This document shows positions 49,792-63,280 of a stretch of DNA of 64,000 nt, piece after piece. The DNA is from Octopus vulgaris (taxonomy: Eukaryota). The position numbers and the translations under genes are program-made. The stretch lies in assembly GCA_951406725.2 (NCBI GenBank), contig OX597818.1, forward strand, positions 114,700,001-114,764,000. The letters are read 5' to 3'. The notes under the pieces are model-generated. The model had not been told where the DNA came from, ran no database searches, and saw nothing but the letters and a program-made list of their open reading frames with translations. Every line of letters starts with the position of its first letter. Position 1 is the stretch's first letter.

Positions 49792-49896
49792 TGTGTGTCC
49801 GTAGCTATGTACGGAGTAAGTGTTGCTAATTTATGATACAAGCTGTGAAAATTTCATAATGAATTTAGTTATAATATCGCCGTCTACAATATATCG

Positions 49897-50280
49897 TGGT
49901 ACTCCGTCGGTTACGACGACGAGGGTTCCAGATGATTCGATCAACGGAACAGCCTACTCGTGAGATTAAAATGCAAGTGGCTGGGTAATCCACAGACATG
50001 TGTACCCTTAACGTAGTTCTCGGGGAGATTCAGCGTGACACAGAGTGTGACAAGGCTGGCCCTTTGAAATACAGATACACCAGAAACAGGAAGACAGATG
50101 GAGAGATATATTGTAGACGGCAAAAGAATGCGGCAGGGTTCGCCACCACTCCCTTCCGGAGCCTCGTGAAGCTTTGGGTGTTTTTGTTCAATAAACACTC
50201 ATAATCACCAGTCTGGGGATCGAAACCGCGATCCTACGACCACGGGTCCGCTGCCCTAACCACTGGACCATAGCGCCTCC
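49897..50280 (-). mobile_element. SINE family C, full length
   Basis: Reverse-complement similarity to 50457-50835 along its whole length. Confidence 0.92.
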
Positions 50281-50456
50281 ACACACTCATATATAAGTAT
50301 CGTATATAGATACACGTACGTATATATAAATATATGTATGTTTATTTGCGTGTAAGTATATGTGTATATGCATGTATACGAGTTATATTATTGCATCGCA
50401 TACGCATATCAGTATTTCAAGCTACCTGTATGCTAATATGCATATATATTGTAGGT

Positions 50457-50835
50457 GGAGGTAGAATGGTCCAGTGGTTAGGGCAGCGGACCCGTGGTCG
50501 TAGGATCGCGGTTTCGTTTCCCAGACTGGGCGTTGTGACTGTTTATTGAGAGAAAACACCTAAAGTTCCACGAGGCTCCGGCAGGAGGTGGTGGCGAACC
50601 CTGCTGCATTATTTTGCCTCACGTTTCTCTCAATCTTTCTTCCTGTTTCTGATGTACCTGTATTTCAAAGGGCCAGCCTTGTCACACTCTGTGTCACGCT
50701 GAATCTCCCCGAGAACTACATTAAGGGTACACGTGTCTGTGGAGTGCTCAGCCACTTGCACGTTAATTTTACGATCTGGCTGTTCCGTTCAGCGGATCAA
50801 CTGGGACCCTCGCCGTCGTAACCGATGGAGTGCCA
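50457..50835 (+). mobile_element. SINE family C, full length
   Basis: Head GGAGGTAGAATGGTCCAGTGGTTAGGGCAGCGGAC; tail ACCGATGGAGTGCCA. Confidence 0.92.
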
Positions 50836-51101
50836 TGATGAGCGTGTGTGTGTGTGTCCATGATCGCACGCGAATTTGGCCCGTTTAAACAGGTCTTTAT
50901 TTATTGCGCATTGTCTGCAAAGAGCTGAACGACATAGTAAGGATTGAAAGAACAGAATAGCACCAACAGACACTCCCCTTCCACAAACACACACGGAAAC
51001 ACATATAAAGAAATTGAAAATATAAAATTTATAAATGCATATTTACATATTTGGAAAGCATAAATTTGCATACATAAAAATTGCCTCTCATTCTCTCTCT
51101 T

Positions 51102-51159
<58 letters not shown>

Positions 51160-51326
51160 ACACGCATACACATATGCTTGTGTTTCGTGTGCATCTTCTG
51201 CGAACACAGTTTTTAATGCGTATAAAGGATCTTCTACACACAGTCTATCATCAAAAGTTGATAGACTAACCAGTATGAGAGCACACTGGAATTTATATAT
51301 ACCGTTTGTGTAATATCTACATCCAC

Positions 51327-51850
51327 AGGTACAGGTGTGACTGTGTGGTAAGGACCTTGTTTCCAAACATATCGTTTTGAGTTCAGTCCCATCGCCTGAC
51401 ATTTTTGGCCCCACCAATGTCTTGTGAGTGGATTTGGTAGACGGAAGCTTAAGTAGTATATATATTATTTCATTTGTTTCAGTTATTGGTCTGCGGCCAT
51501 ACTGGAGCACCCTCTTTGGTCATATAAATCAACCCAAGGAATTATTCTTTGTAAGCATAGTAGTTTTTCTATCGGTCACTTTGTTGAACCGCTAATGTAC
51601 GGGGTCGTTAACACACCAGCATCGGTTGTCAAGCAATGTTGGTGAGGACAAACACACACGCACGCCCCCCCCCACATATATATATATATATATATATACA
51701 CGACAGGCTTCTTTCAGTTTCCGCCTACCAAATCCACTCACAAGGCATTGGTCGGCCCGAGGCTACAGTAGAAGACAATTGCCCAAGGTGCAACGCAGTG
51801 GGACTGAACCCGGAACCATGTGGTTGGTAAGCAAGCTACTTACCACACAT
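51327..51850. mobile_element. SINE A 5' half (+, 51327-51450) converging on a SINE A copy (-, 51462-51850)
   Basis: Family A motifs in both orientations. Confidence 0.8.
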
Positions 51851-52020
51851 ACTTCCTATGTTTATTTTACTATAATACAACCGTACAATACAACTGAACC
51901 CAAGATCATGCAGATGGAAAGCAGGCGTCTTAACCCCTCAGTCACACTTGCACTTCTAGATATCTTGCAAACAACTTGCACATGCAAGTGCTACCAGTTA
52001 AAAGCTCCGTATATCGGAAG

Positions 52021-52132
52021 CTAGCAAGTGTATGGGGTCATCAGGAGAGAATGCGCGCCGTTTCGGGGCCTACCTCTCGACGGCATCAATGCGCACCGGC
52101 CCCCCTCACTGATATGAGGCCCCGCTTGCTAG
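52021..52132 (-). ncRNA. Structured 3' UTR RNA containing a non-circularly permuted hammerhead core
   Basis: 5'->3' on minus: GCCGUC-GAGAG ... GAAA-CGGC ... CUCUC-CUGAUGA; stem III GCCGU/ACGGC, stem I GAGAG/CUCUC; enclosed by CUAGCAAG/CUUGCUAG. Confidence 0.65.
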
Positions 52133-52152
52133 ATCAGCTGGTTATGATGAAC

Positions 52153-52665
52153 TCAATATACTTCTAGCCATCGCTCATCGTCTCTTTTTAACCAAATCCA
52201 GTGGCTAGCCTTCTCCACTGTAGATTGGATATCAGTCATGGTGGTATTGACTTTACGATGAGTTAGGCCTAACGATAACAACAGTCGTCTCACGCTGTGT
52301 CCTACAAACCCTCTACATCCGACTTCGATAGGAAAATGTTCCGCTTTCCAGCCTGCGTCTTCATATTCCTCGAGGAGGTTTTCATAACGGTTTAATTTTC
52401 GAGCTCGAGCGGCGTCCATATTATCTTCGTGAGGAACCGTTAGCTCGACTATATTTAAAACTTTCTTTCTTTCACACCACATCAAAATATCTGTTTTTTT
52501 CGAAACTGGGATGGGAAAGAAAACCTGGCACCCAGGTAAATCTGCAGTTACCTCCCAATAGTCGTTCCACTTTTCATTTTTCTCAGGAAGTTTCTTGGTC
52601 TTCTTGAAACGGATCTGCTGACCTGGTCGCACGAAGGTAATGAACTCTCTTGATGGTACTTGATG
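52153..52665 (-). pseudogene. C-terminal restriction-like endonuclease domain of a HERO-like retroelement ORF (truncated)
   Basis: KKTDILMW..IVELTVPHEDN..ARARKLNRYENL..GWKAEHFPIEVGCRGFVG..ASHWIWLKR: PD-(D/E)xK-type RLE with PD read as TD; no stops in the fragment. Confidence 0.88.
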
Positions 52666-53256
52666 GTACAATATCTATATTCATATACCTTGAGATTCCA
52701 TTTAAATCTCAAATCTCTCTTATCTGAATCAAGGGAAGTTGCACTAAACTTTCTTTATACCGAGCCCATGCATAGTATAGAAAAATATTTCTATTATTGC
52801 AATTTAGCGAAATATTCTCTGTTATTAATTGGGCTAATTTCTGATCATAAAAATCTCAGAACGCATTATATTATATGTGTATGTATCGGCTACGTTTCTC
52901 TTAATTCAAAACACACCAGCTATGAGCATTCCGTTCGCTTCACGGTCATTGCGCATCTGATACCTAAATGGATCACATTGAATAAAAAGCTAAGCTATAG
53001 TTTCGAGAAGACCCTGCGACTGCAATGGCCTCTTTTTAACATGCAGCTTACGAAATATGTACTGCCATTCATTTTACATAGAGGATGTATGTTAAATCTC
53101 GGTTTCATGTAAGCATTTGCTACACAAACGTGGATTAGTGTCTTGGAAAAGGAGATATGTAAAGTATCAATGTTTATGCTAATACAGGTATCTTGATTTA
53201 CATTTCTTTCCCAAGTGACATTAATTCCGTTATAAGCTATTATGTATGTATGTATT

Positions 53257-53302
<46 letters not shown>

Positions 53303-53350
53303 ACTATATATATGTATATATAAATATATATATATGTATATATATAAATG

Positions 53351-53395
<45 letters not shown>

Positions 53396-53844
53396 CATTA
53401 TAGTCATCCACACACGCACATATATACCTGCATATATATATATATGTGTGTGCGTGTGTGATTCCTGACTATTTACCAGTGTGTATGTATGCATGCATGC
53501 GTCGGATATGTTCGTATGTAAATTACAAACAGTTTCCTTTGTATGCGCTTTATTCCCCAGCCATTTGTTATCCTCAAGCAATATCGTTAATGTTTGTATA
53601 ATCAATATAAAATGTAAATATTTGTATTCACAGACATGCAGCTTCAGTTACAGTCGGCCTCTTAATCCCAAGGTTTCTTTATAATTACAACAATAATATA
53701 GTCCATGATGCTTGAAATAAAGAGGGGATGTCCATAGATGGAACGCCTTTGATTTTAGGTGTACTTGTTCACAGTTGACCTCAAATTATACAAGTACAGT
53801 AGAGCTTCGGTTTACGAACTCCTCTAATCACGAATAAATCGTGC

Positions 53845-54050
<206 letters not shown>

Positions 54051-54802
54051 TAAATCTATCTATGTATGTGTGTGTATAAATCTATCTATCTATCTACCTG
54101 TATGTATGTATGCTTGTATATACATATTTGTGTGTGTATAAAGCACGATTTATTCGCAATCAGAGTTATTTGGAAACTTCTGTACTACTGTATATCAATG
54201 TACTACAGTCAAGTAAAGTATGGCTCAATAATCTTCCATCTTCTCCAGTTTTTGTAATCTTTTTGCCAAGACACGAGGGAGCCTGTCAGAGGTCGTTACT
54301 AGGATTAACTAGAAATAGAAACCGAATGGCGGTAGATATAACTCTCACAATAAGGGATAATCAGTGCATGTTGCTTTTCAAGAAATGTCTGTTCGGTCAA
54401 ATCAAACCAGGTCGAAAATACTGCATGAACAACCAATGCATCAACAGGAACAACTACGTTAAGAAGTGTGTCAATGAGTTATACATGATCCTTGTTTTAG
54501 TTCCCTGTATTTCTCTCCTCTTTTTTTCTCTCTCTCTCTTTATGTATACGTTGGTGTTTGTGTGTATGTGTGTTTATGTTCAATCATAATAAAAACAATT
54601 TTACATTAATCTGACTGGTTAGTCAATATTTTATAGAGGATAAGTTTACTCTTAAACAGGAATATTGTTGACAGTGTCTTCGAAGTTTCGGCCAGTTTCT
54701 TATTCTTGAAAATACTCAAAGCTCAAGATAAAATATTAAGTATTAATTTCAGTAGTAATAGCAATAGTAGTAGTAGTAGTTGTCGTCGTCGTCGTCGTCG
54801 TC

Positions 54803-54864
<62 letters not shown>

Positions 54865-54865
<1 letters not shown>

Positions 54866-55295
54866 TATTGATGGGCGCTCTCACCGTAGACGATGTATCA
54901 GTTTCCAGATTTATTGCCGTGGGACTTGCACAAATGGTTTGTTTATAGTGATCAAATTGTTTACAATGATGATATGACTGTGCCGAATATTTGTTCACTC
55001 TCTCCATCAAATGGACGTTGTGTGAACAGGTGCGCGATGTGTTACGTCTCACGCGTCAGGGTGATCGCAATGCCAAAGTGCTGATCAAAGAGACTGATCA
55101 CAACTCAAAAAGATTTGAGACGCTGACACAATAGCTTTGCCCTGAGAGTATACTGAGAACTCCGCAAGAAATATGAACATCCGTGCGCAAAAACGTGGTA
55201 TGACTACATTCCACAGAACTTGGCTGAAAATGAGCGTATATGAGCCATGGCCATCATTACACACAGATGTGTGGTGCACAATCGGCCTAAAATCA

Positions 55296-55377
<82 letters not shown>

Positions 55378-56003
55378 GTTTAACGTCCGCTTTCCATGCT
55401 AGCATGGGTTGGACGATTTGACTGAGGACTGGTGAATCAGATGGCTGCACCAGGCTCCAATCTTGATCTGGCAGAGTTTCTACAGCTGGATGCCCTTCCT
55501 AACACCAACTACTCCGAGAGGGTAGTAGGTGCTTTTACGTGCCACCGGTACGAGGGCCAGTCAGGCGGTACTGGCAACGGACACGAAACAATCGTGTTTT
55601 TTTACGTGTCACCTGCACACCAGCACAAGTGCCAGTGAAAATATATATATATATGCATGGGTCATCATAGTCATCGCTGTTCCTGCTGATCAAAATGTAG
55701 AAATCTTCGGGAGTGAAGAGAAACAGAAACCAAGATTGGCCAGCTAGGTATGGGAAATACATCCAGCAACAGTAAAAATCGTCCCTTTTATTCGCAGGGC
55801 ACTCGAAACTATTCTAAGAATCTGGATGCAATACCTGAGAGTTTAGGCGTACCAGGTATATTAGGGAGTGCACAAACGACAGCGATGTTTGAAACAGGTC
55901 CCGAGGAAGGTGCAGTACCTCTCAGCTGCGGGTAGGAGCTGAGGCATAATTTCGTAATTACACATAATCCGACCGTAAAAGATCCATGTGTAGGAGAATA
56001 GCG
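54865..56003 (+). mobile_element. Decayed R4/Dong-like RLE retrotransposon 3' part, interrupted at ~55296-55655
   Basis: Frames give CAMC (zinc knuckle), Y*ELRKKYEHPCAKTWYDYIPQNLAENE, HNRPKIT, then after the insert WVIIVIAVPADQNVE; followed by (TAA)n. Confidence 0.7.
55296..55640 (-). mobile_element. SINE-like element with GACGTTAAAC(GAT)n tail
   Basis: (CAT)n-CGTTTAACGTCCGCTTTCCATGC..GCTGGATGCCCTTCCTAAC; non-coding, trinucleotide tail typical of retroposed copies. Confidence 0.75.
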
Positions 56004-56011
56004 ATAATAAC

Positions 56012-56064
<53 letters not shown>

Positions 56065-56072
56065 TAATAATG

Positions 56073-56148
<76 letters not shown>

Positions 56149-56178
56149 TAATAATGATAATAATAATAATAATAATAA

Positions 56179-56209
<31 letters not shown>

Positions 56210-56289
56210 GGGAAGAAGAAGAAGAAGAAGAAGAAGAAGAAGAAGAAGAAGAAGAAGAAGAAGAAAAAGAAGAAGAAGAAGAAGAAGAA
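56003..56289. repeat. (TAA)n-(GAA)n compound repeat
   Basis: Directly visible. Confidence 0.95.
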
Positions 56290-56300
56290 TTTCTACTATA

Positions 56301-56445
56301 GGCGCAGGCGTGGCTTTGTGGTTAGAAGCTTGCTACGGGTTCAGTCTCACTGCGTGGTTTCTTGGGCAAGTGTCTTCAACTATAGCCTCGGGTCAACCAA
56401 ACCTTGTGAGGGAATTTGGTTGACGGAAACTGAAAGAAGCCCGTC

Positions 56446-56482
<37 letters not shown>

Positions 56483-56715
56483 ATGTGTGAGTGTATTTGT
56501 GTCTGTGTTTCTCCCCCACCCACCGTCGCTTGACAACTGATGTTGGTGTGGTTATGTCCCCGTAACCTAGCGGTTCGGCCAAAGTGAATGATAGAATAAG
56601 TGCTAAGCTTACAAAGAATAAGACCTGGGGTCGCTTTTTTTCGACTAAAACATTTTAAAGCGGTGATCCACCATTGCCGCAGTCAAATGACTAAAGCAAT
56701 TAAAAAGAACTTAAA
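56301..56715 (+). mobile_element. SINE family A
   Basis: GGCGCAGGCGTGGCT head; CGCAGTCAAATGACT tail. Confidence 0.88.
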
Positions 56716-57194
56716 AAACGAATATAGGCATTGAATATAAGGGCTGAAATCTGGAGAGAGGGAGTAAGTTAATTAACAATTTTTGTAGGGGACGAGTTTA
56801 GCCTTAAACAGAATTCAACGGAATCCTCGATGGTATGAATTTGATTTGGCTGAGCCGTAATGAAGGAATTCGAACTGCCGTGAGAATGAACAAAATAACG
56901 CTTCGAGCCGTTGATCTTCGAATGACAGTAAGAGAGAGATAACAGAGGAATTGTCACACAGTGCTAGAGGTGGCATTTATTTATTTGTTTTGTTTGTAGC
57001 CAGAAGCTTTCGTTCTCCTTGCTGTCAGACGAAGAACAAATGAACATTAGACTACTCTTCACTTTTTATAGAAATTTAACCGACCAAAATTTTCTGTGAA
57101 TGTTCCTATAGAATAATTATTATTATGCTCGTTGCAGACCATTACCATTTCCTTGATTTCCATATTTTAATTTAGCTTTAGACAGCTTTATTTA

Positions 57195-57252
<58 letters not shown>

Positions 57253-57624
57253 GAGACAAAGAACATCTATATGTGGCCAGACTCGATTTAGAATATATAA
57301 TAGCGTTATAAACGTGGATAGAATATAATGGTTTATATTATAGTTGAGTAATGTATACAAAAGAGAGAAACGTAATGAGTGATTGTGTTACGTGTATGTT
57401 GTCGTTCAGACACAGATTAGTCTTTACTCAGCGGACATATGATCAAAAGCATTAAAAGTTTGACAACCTTTGTTCAAAAGTAATGTTTCAGGAGATATAA
57501 TTTCTAGTATATCCTTCCTGCTTTAAGATTCCAAGGTATTTTGGGTGGATCTAATCGCTGTTATTTCTAGCATATGAAGTCACAAAGTAAAAGTTTCATT
57601 GCTAATATATATGTGTATATAAGT

Positions 57625-57840
57625 AAGCGAGATGGCAGAATTGTTAGCAACGCCAGGCAAAATGCTTAGCGGGATTTTCGTGCGTTATTACGTTCTGAGT
57701 TCAAATTCCGCCGAGATCGACTTTGCTCTTTTTTCCTTTCAGGTCGGTGAAATAAGTACCAGTCAAGCACTGGTGTCGATGTAATCGATTTACTCCCCTC
57801 TCTCGAAATTACTGGCTTTATGCCAAAATCTGAAATCAAT
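57625..57840 (+). mobile_element. SINE family B, diverged
   Basis: CGTTCTGAGTTCAAATTCCGCCGAG..AAATAAGTACCAG. Confidence 0.85.
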
Positions 57841-57918
57841 GTATCTATATTTGAGTGTGTTTGGTTTGTGCCTGCATGTGAGTGTACATATGCATGTGAA
57901 CGGTATGTGAATATATGT

Positions 57919-58153
57919 AAGGCGGTGAGCTGGCAGAATCGTTAGCACGCCGGGCAAAATGCTTAGCGGTATTTCGTCTGCCGCTTCGTTCTGAGTTCAA
58001 ATTCCGCCGAGGTCGACTTTGTCTTTCATCCTTTCGGGGTCGATTAAATAAGTACCAGCTACGCACTGGGGTCGATATAATCGACTTAATCCGTTTTTTT
58101 CTGTCCTTGTTTGTCCCCTCTATGTTTAGCCTCTTGAGAGTAGAAAAGAAATA
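57919..58153 (+). mobile_element. SINE family B, monomer
   Basis: AAGGCGGTGAGCTGGCAGAA..GTCGACTTTGTCTTTCATCCTTTCGGGGTCGATTAAATAAGTACCAG..GAAATAG. Confidence 0.92.
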
Positions 58154-58619
58154 GGTATGTGAGTATATGTGTGAGCGAGAGTCTGGTGCTGTTATTGTTG
58201 TTGTTCAGACCTATAAATGAAACTATGCGAATCGTCACTACCACGCATTTTCGTGGTATCCAGGACTAGAATATATTATTTGTCCTTCCTTTATCTAAGA
58301 GGATATGGTGTGAATCAGAGATATTTGTTAGCTATGTCTAAAACATTCCAGATACGTATTGTTTCTCATTTCCAATTAAAGAACTCAAAATACCTCCATG
58401 ACTGCATTATTTGTAAACATCCAATAAACGTTGGATTTATTGAGGCTGAGTTGGTTTTTACTAATACGATGAATGCGTGTTTGGAAAACAAGATGTCTAA
58501 CTTCAATTGGAGCTGTTGGACATTGAGGATAACAGGGAGTTAACGCTGCAAGAGAGAATTCATTTTCAACATGAAGAGACGGACATTTATGTGATCTATC
58601 TATCTTCCTATCTAACTAA

Positions 58620-58699
<80 letters not shown>

Positions 58700-58979
58700 A
58701 TATATACCTATCTATCTGTCTATTTATTTATCTATCTGTCGTATATATGTTTCGAAATATCATATTCATAGACACACACACACACACACAAACACACACA
58801 TATATATGTATATATACTTATAGACACACACACACACACACACATACACATACACACACACACACAGACATATATATATAAGGATAAGATCGTTGAGTAT
58901 GAATAAATGATGTTGTTTTAGAATCAAACTTTGTCTGCTATCTCTAGCATGGTGGTATCAGTCAATCAGTTAGATATCC

Positions 58980-59030
<51 letters not shown>

Positions 59031-59196
59031 TATATATATATATTTTATGAGCACACTTTCTCAATTTCATGTCATCCTTTTTGATTTATAATATGAACAC
59101 TTTAATATTCCAAGTCTGGATTGGACTCAAATAGAACTGCATCATTCACAGATGTGCGTGATGCCCTGAAACTAAATATCGAGCAACAACTATAAT

Positions 59197-59390
59197 TCAC
59201 CATCGCTTGACAACCGATGCTGTTGTGTTTACGTCCCCGTAATGTACCAGTTCGGCAAAAGAAACCGATAGAATAAGTACTAGGCTTACAAAGAATAAGT
59301 CCTGGGGTCGATTTGGTCGACTAAAGGCGGTGCTCCAGCATGGCCACAGTCAAATGACTGAAACAAATAAAAGTGTAAAAGAGAATAAAG
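59197..59390 (+). mobile_element. SINE family A 3' half
   Basis: CATCGCTTGACAACCGATGCTG...GGCGGTGCTCCAGCATGGCCACAGTCAAATGACTGAAAC. Confidence 0.9.
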
Positions 59391-60881
59391 CGATTATGAA
59401 ATTTTTGTTATCCATTTCAAATGTCAATAAAGGGTAAAATGAATGAAAGTTAAATCTATTTTAGTCAAGATGAAAGAAGAAATTCGCTACCACTTGAAGC
59501 AACGCCAAATTTTAACTGTGTTCCCGTTTCACGTGTGCTCAATGACCCGTTAAATGTTTCAGCTTAAAAACGCTCAGAACTTTCCGGACAACCTAATAGA
59601 ATCTCTAACTTGTCACACCGTTTGTTTCAGTAAATATCTTGTATTGGATTTATCTCCCTTGTTTGTTATATCCTGTATTTTAGAAACAAACAATGGAACA
59701 TTTTGTATACTAATTTCTCGGATAATTTAAATTAATCGTAGGTTTTCTATTCATGATTTTACATATGTGTATTTAGTCAGGTTTCTATGTTTTGAGTTTT
59801 TCGTTGTTTTTTTTGTTATTCAAATCCCACCGTTGTCATGTTTACCTTTCTTCTGTATGGGGTCAAAAAATAAGTAACGGTTGAGCACTGGATCTAATCT
59901 TATCGATAATGCCTGTCTCCTTAATTTGAGATCTTCTGCTTATTTGTGATATCAACGTTGCAACTAGAATATATTTCAGCAGAGTCGTATAAATGTCAGT
60001 GAGTCCGGCAACATACATTACGTTCCAAGTTCAAATTCTGTCTGACACGGTTATTTTATAGTTGCCGTGTAGTGCTGACTCCTCATTCAGGCTGTCCATA
60101 AATAATTTCAGTACCATATTAAACATTTCTCTTTATAGGAATTGGTTACTAGCAGCTTAATCTACTTAACACGTCTCCATTTATCTTCAAAAAAGATGCT
60201 GTAAATGGGCTCGCACCAGCTTTCTCAAGGCACAAATGTTACCCTTATTGTTCTTTTCTTTCCAGGACCAACATATTTTTTCTCTTCTCAAATGCCGCGA
60301 AGTAAGTCGTAGGGGAAGATGGAGCGATTGAAAACTATCTCCCATAACCTTCTCCTCTCTTCCACACAACATCAGAAATCAATATTCGAGTTAGAAATGT
60401 CGAAGAGCAAACCTAATTCCCACATTCCTTTGATCCTATGTTCGACAGTGTAAATCGCATATGCTAATTTAGACTTGTAAACAACATTTTACCATCGGCT
60501 AAATGTTTTCCATGACACAAAAGTCATAGAAATATCCGTGATATTTTCATAGAAGGTCGAGAGATAATGGACTTTTTGAACTCTCAATTCTCTGTTTAGA
60601 CGGTATGTTTATTGAAACAGAAAATGAATATCAAATAATGAAGTGCTGATGTTAGTTAATTTACAACGTACACTCCTCTTACGTTCTATGCATATGGTTT
60701 TATCTAATATTTCATATATAATACTTCATATAATCATAGATACATATATGTATATACATCGCGCGCGAACACAAACGCACACCACGCACACATACGCACA
60801 CAATTATACAATTATACAAATGTACTTTTACATTTTCATATATATTTAGAGAGAGAGAGAAAGGGAAAAGAGAGAGTGAGG

Positions 60882-61208
<327 letters not shown>

Positions 61209-61846
61209 TGAAAATGTAAGAGTACAATTGTATATATATTTGTGTGTGGGGGGTGGGGTGGCAGTGGGCGCGTATGAATGTATGCTTATATTCGCGCGTG
61301 ATGTATGTATATATATGTATATTTTAAATAACACTCCTTTTTGGCCGAAATTTTTATTTAATGAATATGTCATACATATATACATACATATATGAATATA
61401 AATCGTATATACATCAGAAACATACATCACAACATACACACAGACACACACACAGACACACACACAAACACACATACATATATACTAATGTACTTTTACA
61501 TCTTCAAAAAGATAGATAGATAGATTAAAATGTAAAAGTCAATGTATCAATGTATATATATTTGTGTGTGACTGTATGTTCCTCCGTGATGTATGTATAT
61601 TTTAAATAAGGCTGGTATATATATATGTGTGCGTCTTTGCGTGCGTGGGAGTGTGTGTTTTTTAGCTTGTTTGTGTGTGCGTGTATGTGTGTGTGTATCT
61701 GTGTGTGAGTGTGTGTATGTGTGTGTATACATGGCAATATGTATATACGTCTCATGGCACTTATATATCTCTTTTCTACCTGCTTCCGTCTGCAAAACAC
61801 GCCTTCTCACAATGCGCCTGAACACGACCGTTTGCAAATGTTTACG

Positions 61847-62079
<233 letters not shown>

Positions 62080-62502
62080 TGCGTATATAACGCTTTTATA
62101 AGGGAAATAGTACAAAGAATGCAATATCATGTTTACAGAGAAAACTTTGTGATAGATGACAGACATTTTACAGAAACTAACGGCTATATATAGATGTTTT
62201 CGGTGTTGTATATCGATTAAAATTGGAAAGGCTGTTAAGCGAAAACATTAGGCTTGCATCACTGAGAAGCAGACAATAATGTAACCTGTTGAGCAATACG
62301 CACACACACTAACACACACACACACACACATGCACACACACACACACACACACACATACTCTTATTCTCGCACATACACACTAAAACACCTATATGATTA
62401 TATATATAAAGGGCGAGAGAGGCAGGAAGAAAAAGACGTTAATATATATACATATATATACAAATATATACATACAGACACAAATTCACACACCCACACA
62501 CC

Positions 62503-62560
<58 letters not shown>

Positions 62561-62653
62561 CCTATACATATATGCGTATATATATATATTTATTTATATA
62601 TAATCTATATACATACACATATATATTCATGCATATATACACAAACAAAGATA

Positions 62654-62703
<50 letters not shown>

Positions 62704-63280
62704 TACATTCATACACAGGCGTATATATTTACATAAATACACACATACATATATTTACGTTTGTACATATGATTGTCTGCGAGAGAACGTGTGTGGGTGT
62801 GTGTGGTGGGGGTATGGGTGGGGGTTGGTGTGCGTGTGTTTGTATGTGTGCGTATATGTGTGTATGTGTGCCTGCTTATGTGTACGTGTGTGTGTGTGAG
62901 TGTGTTCGTTCGTGACTGCCCTCGGTACGCGTGTGTTTTGGTTGTTGAATTACGTACCTGTGGATAAGAACATATATCAACCACGAAGCATGACGAAGTA
63001 TCCATATTGTAAACTGTTATATCAATTGGTTCTCACCTCATAACTCTGAGCATACAAAAAGTCAATACGACTCTTAAGGAGATACTTTGTTACTTGTAAA
63101 TCCACGTCTTTAAACATTTTATACAACGGTCAATTCGAAAGGTATTCCACGGAGTGTTACGCAAGCTGCTGGGACTGAAGTTCTTTAAATCAAACCTTAC
63201 CGGCTTCAGAAATAAAGGTTGCATTGGAATAAACCGTCCTCTATATTTAGAAAAAAAAAAACACCTTTGATCATAGGTGC

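Larger units (their letters stand above)
51891..52665 (-). mobile_element. 5'-truncated HERO/NeSL-like RLE non-LTR retrotransposon (775 bp)
   Basis: RLE ORF plus ~260-nt GC-rich 3' UTR; candidate 8-bp TSD GTACAATA at 51883-51890 and 52666-52673. Confidence 0.85.

Noticed and set aside
58400-58590. QLELLDIEDNRELTLQERIHF peptide as a host exon
   Set aside because: Frame-disrupted and more like a hAT-type transposase relic; no good splice signals.
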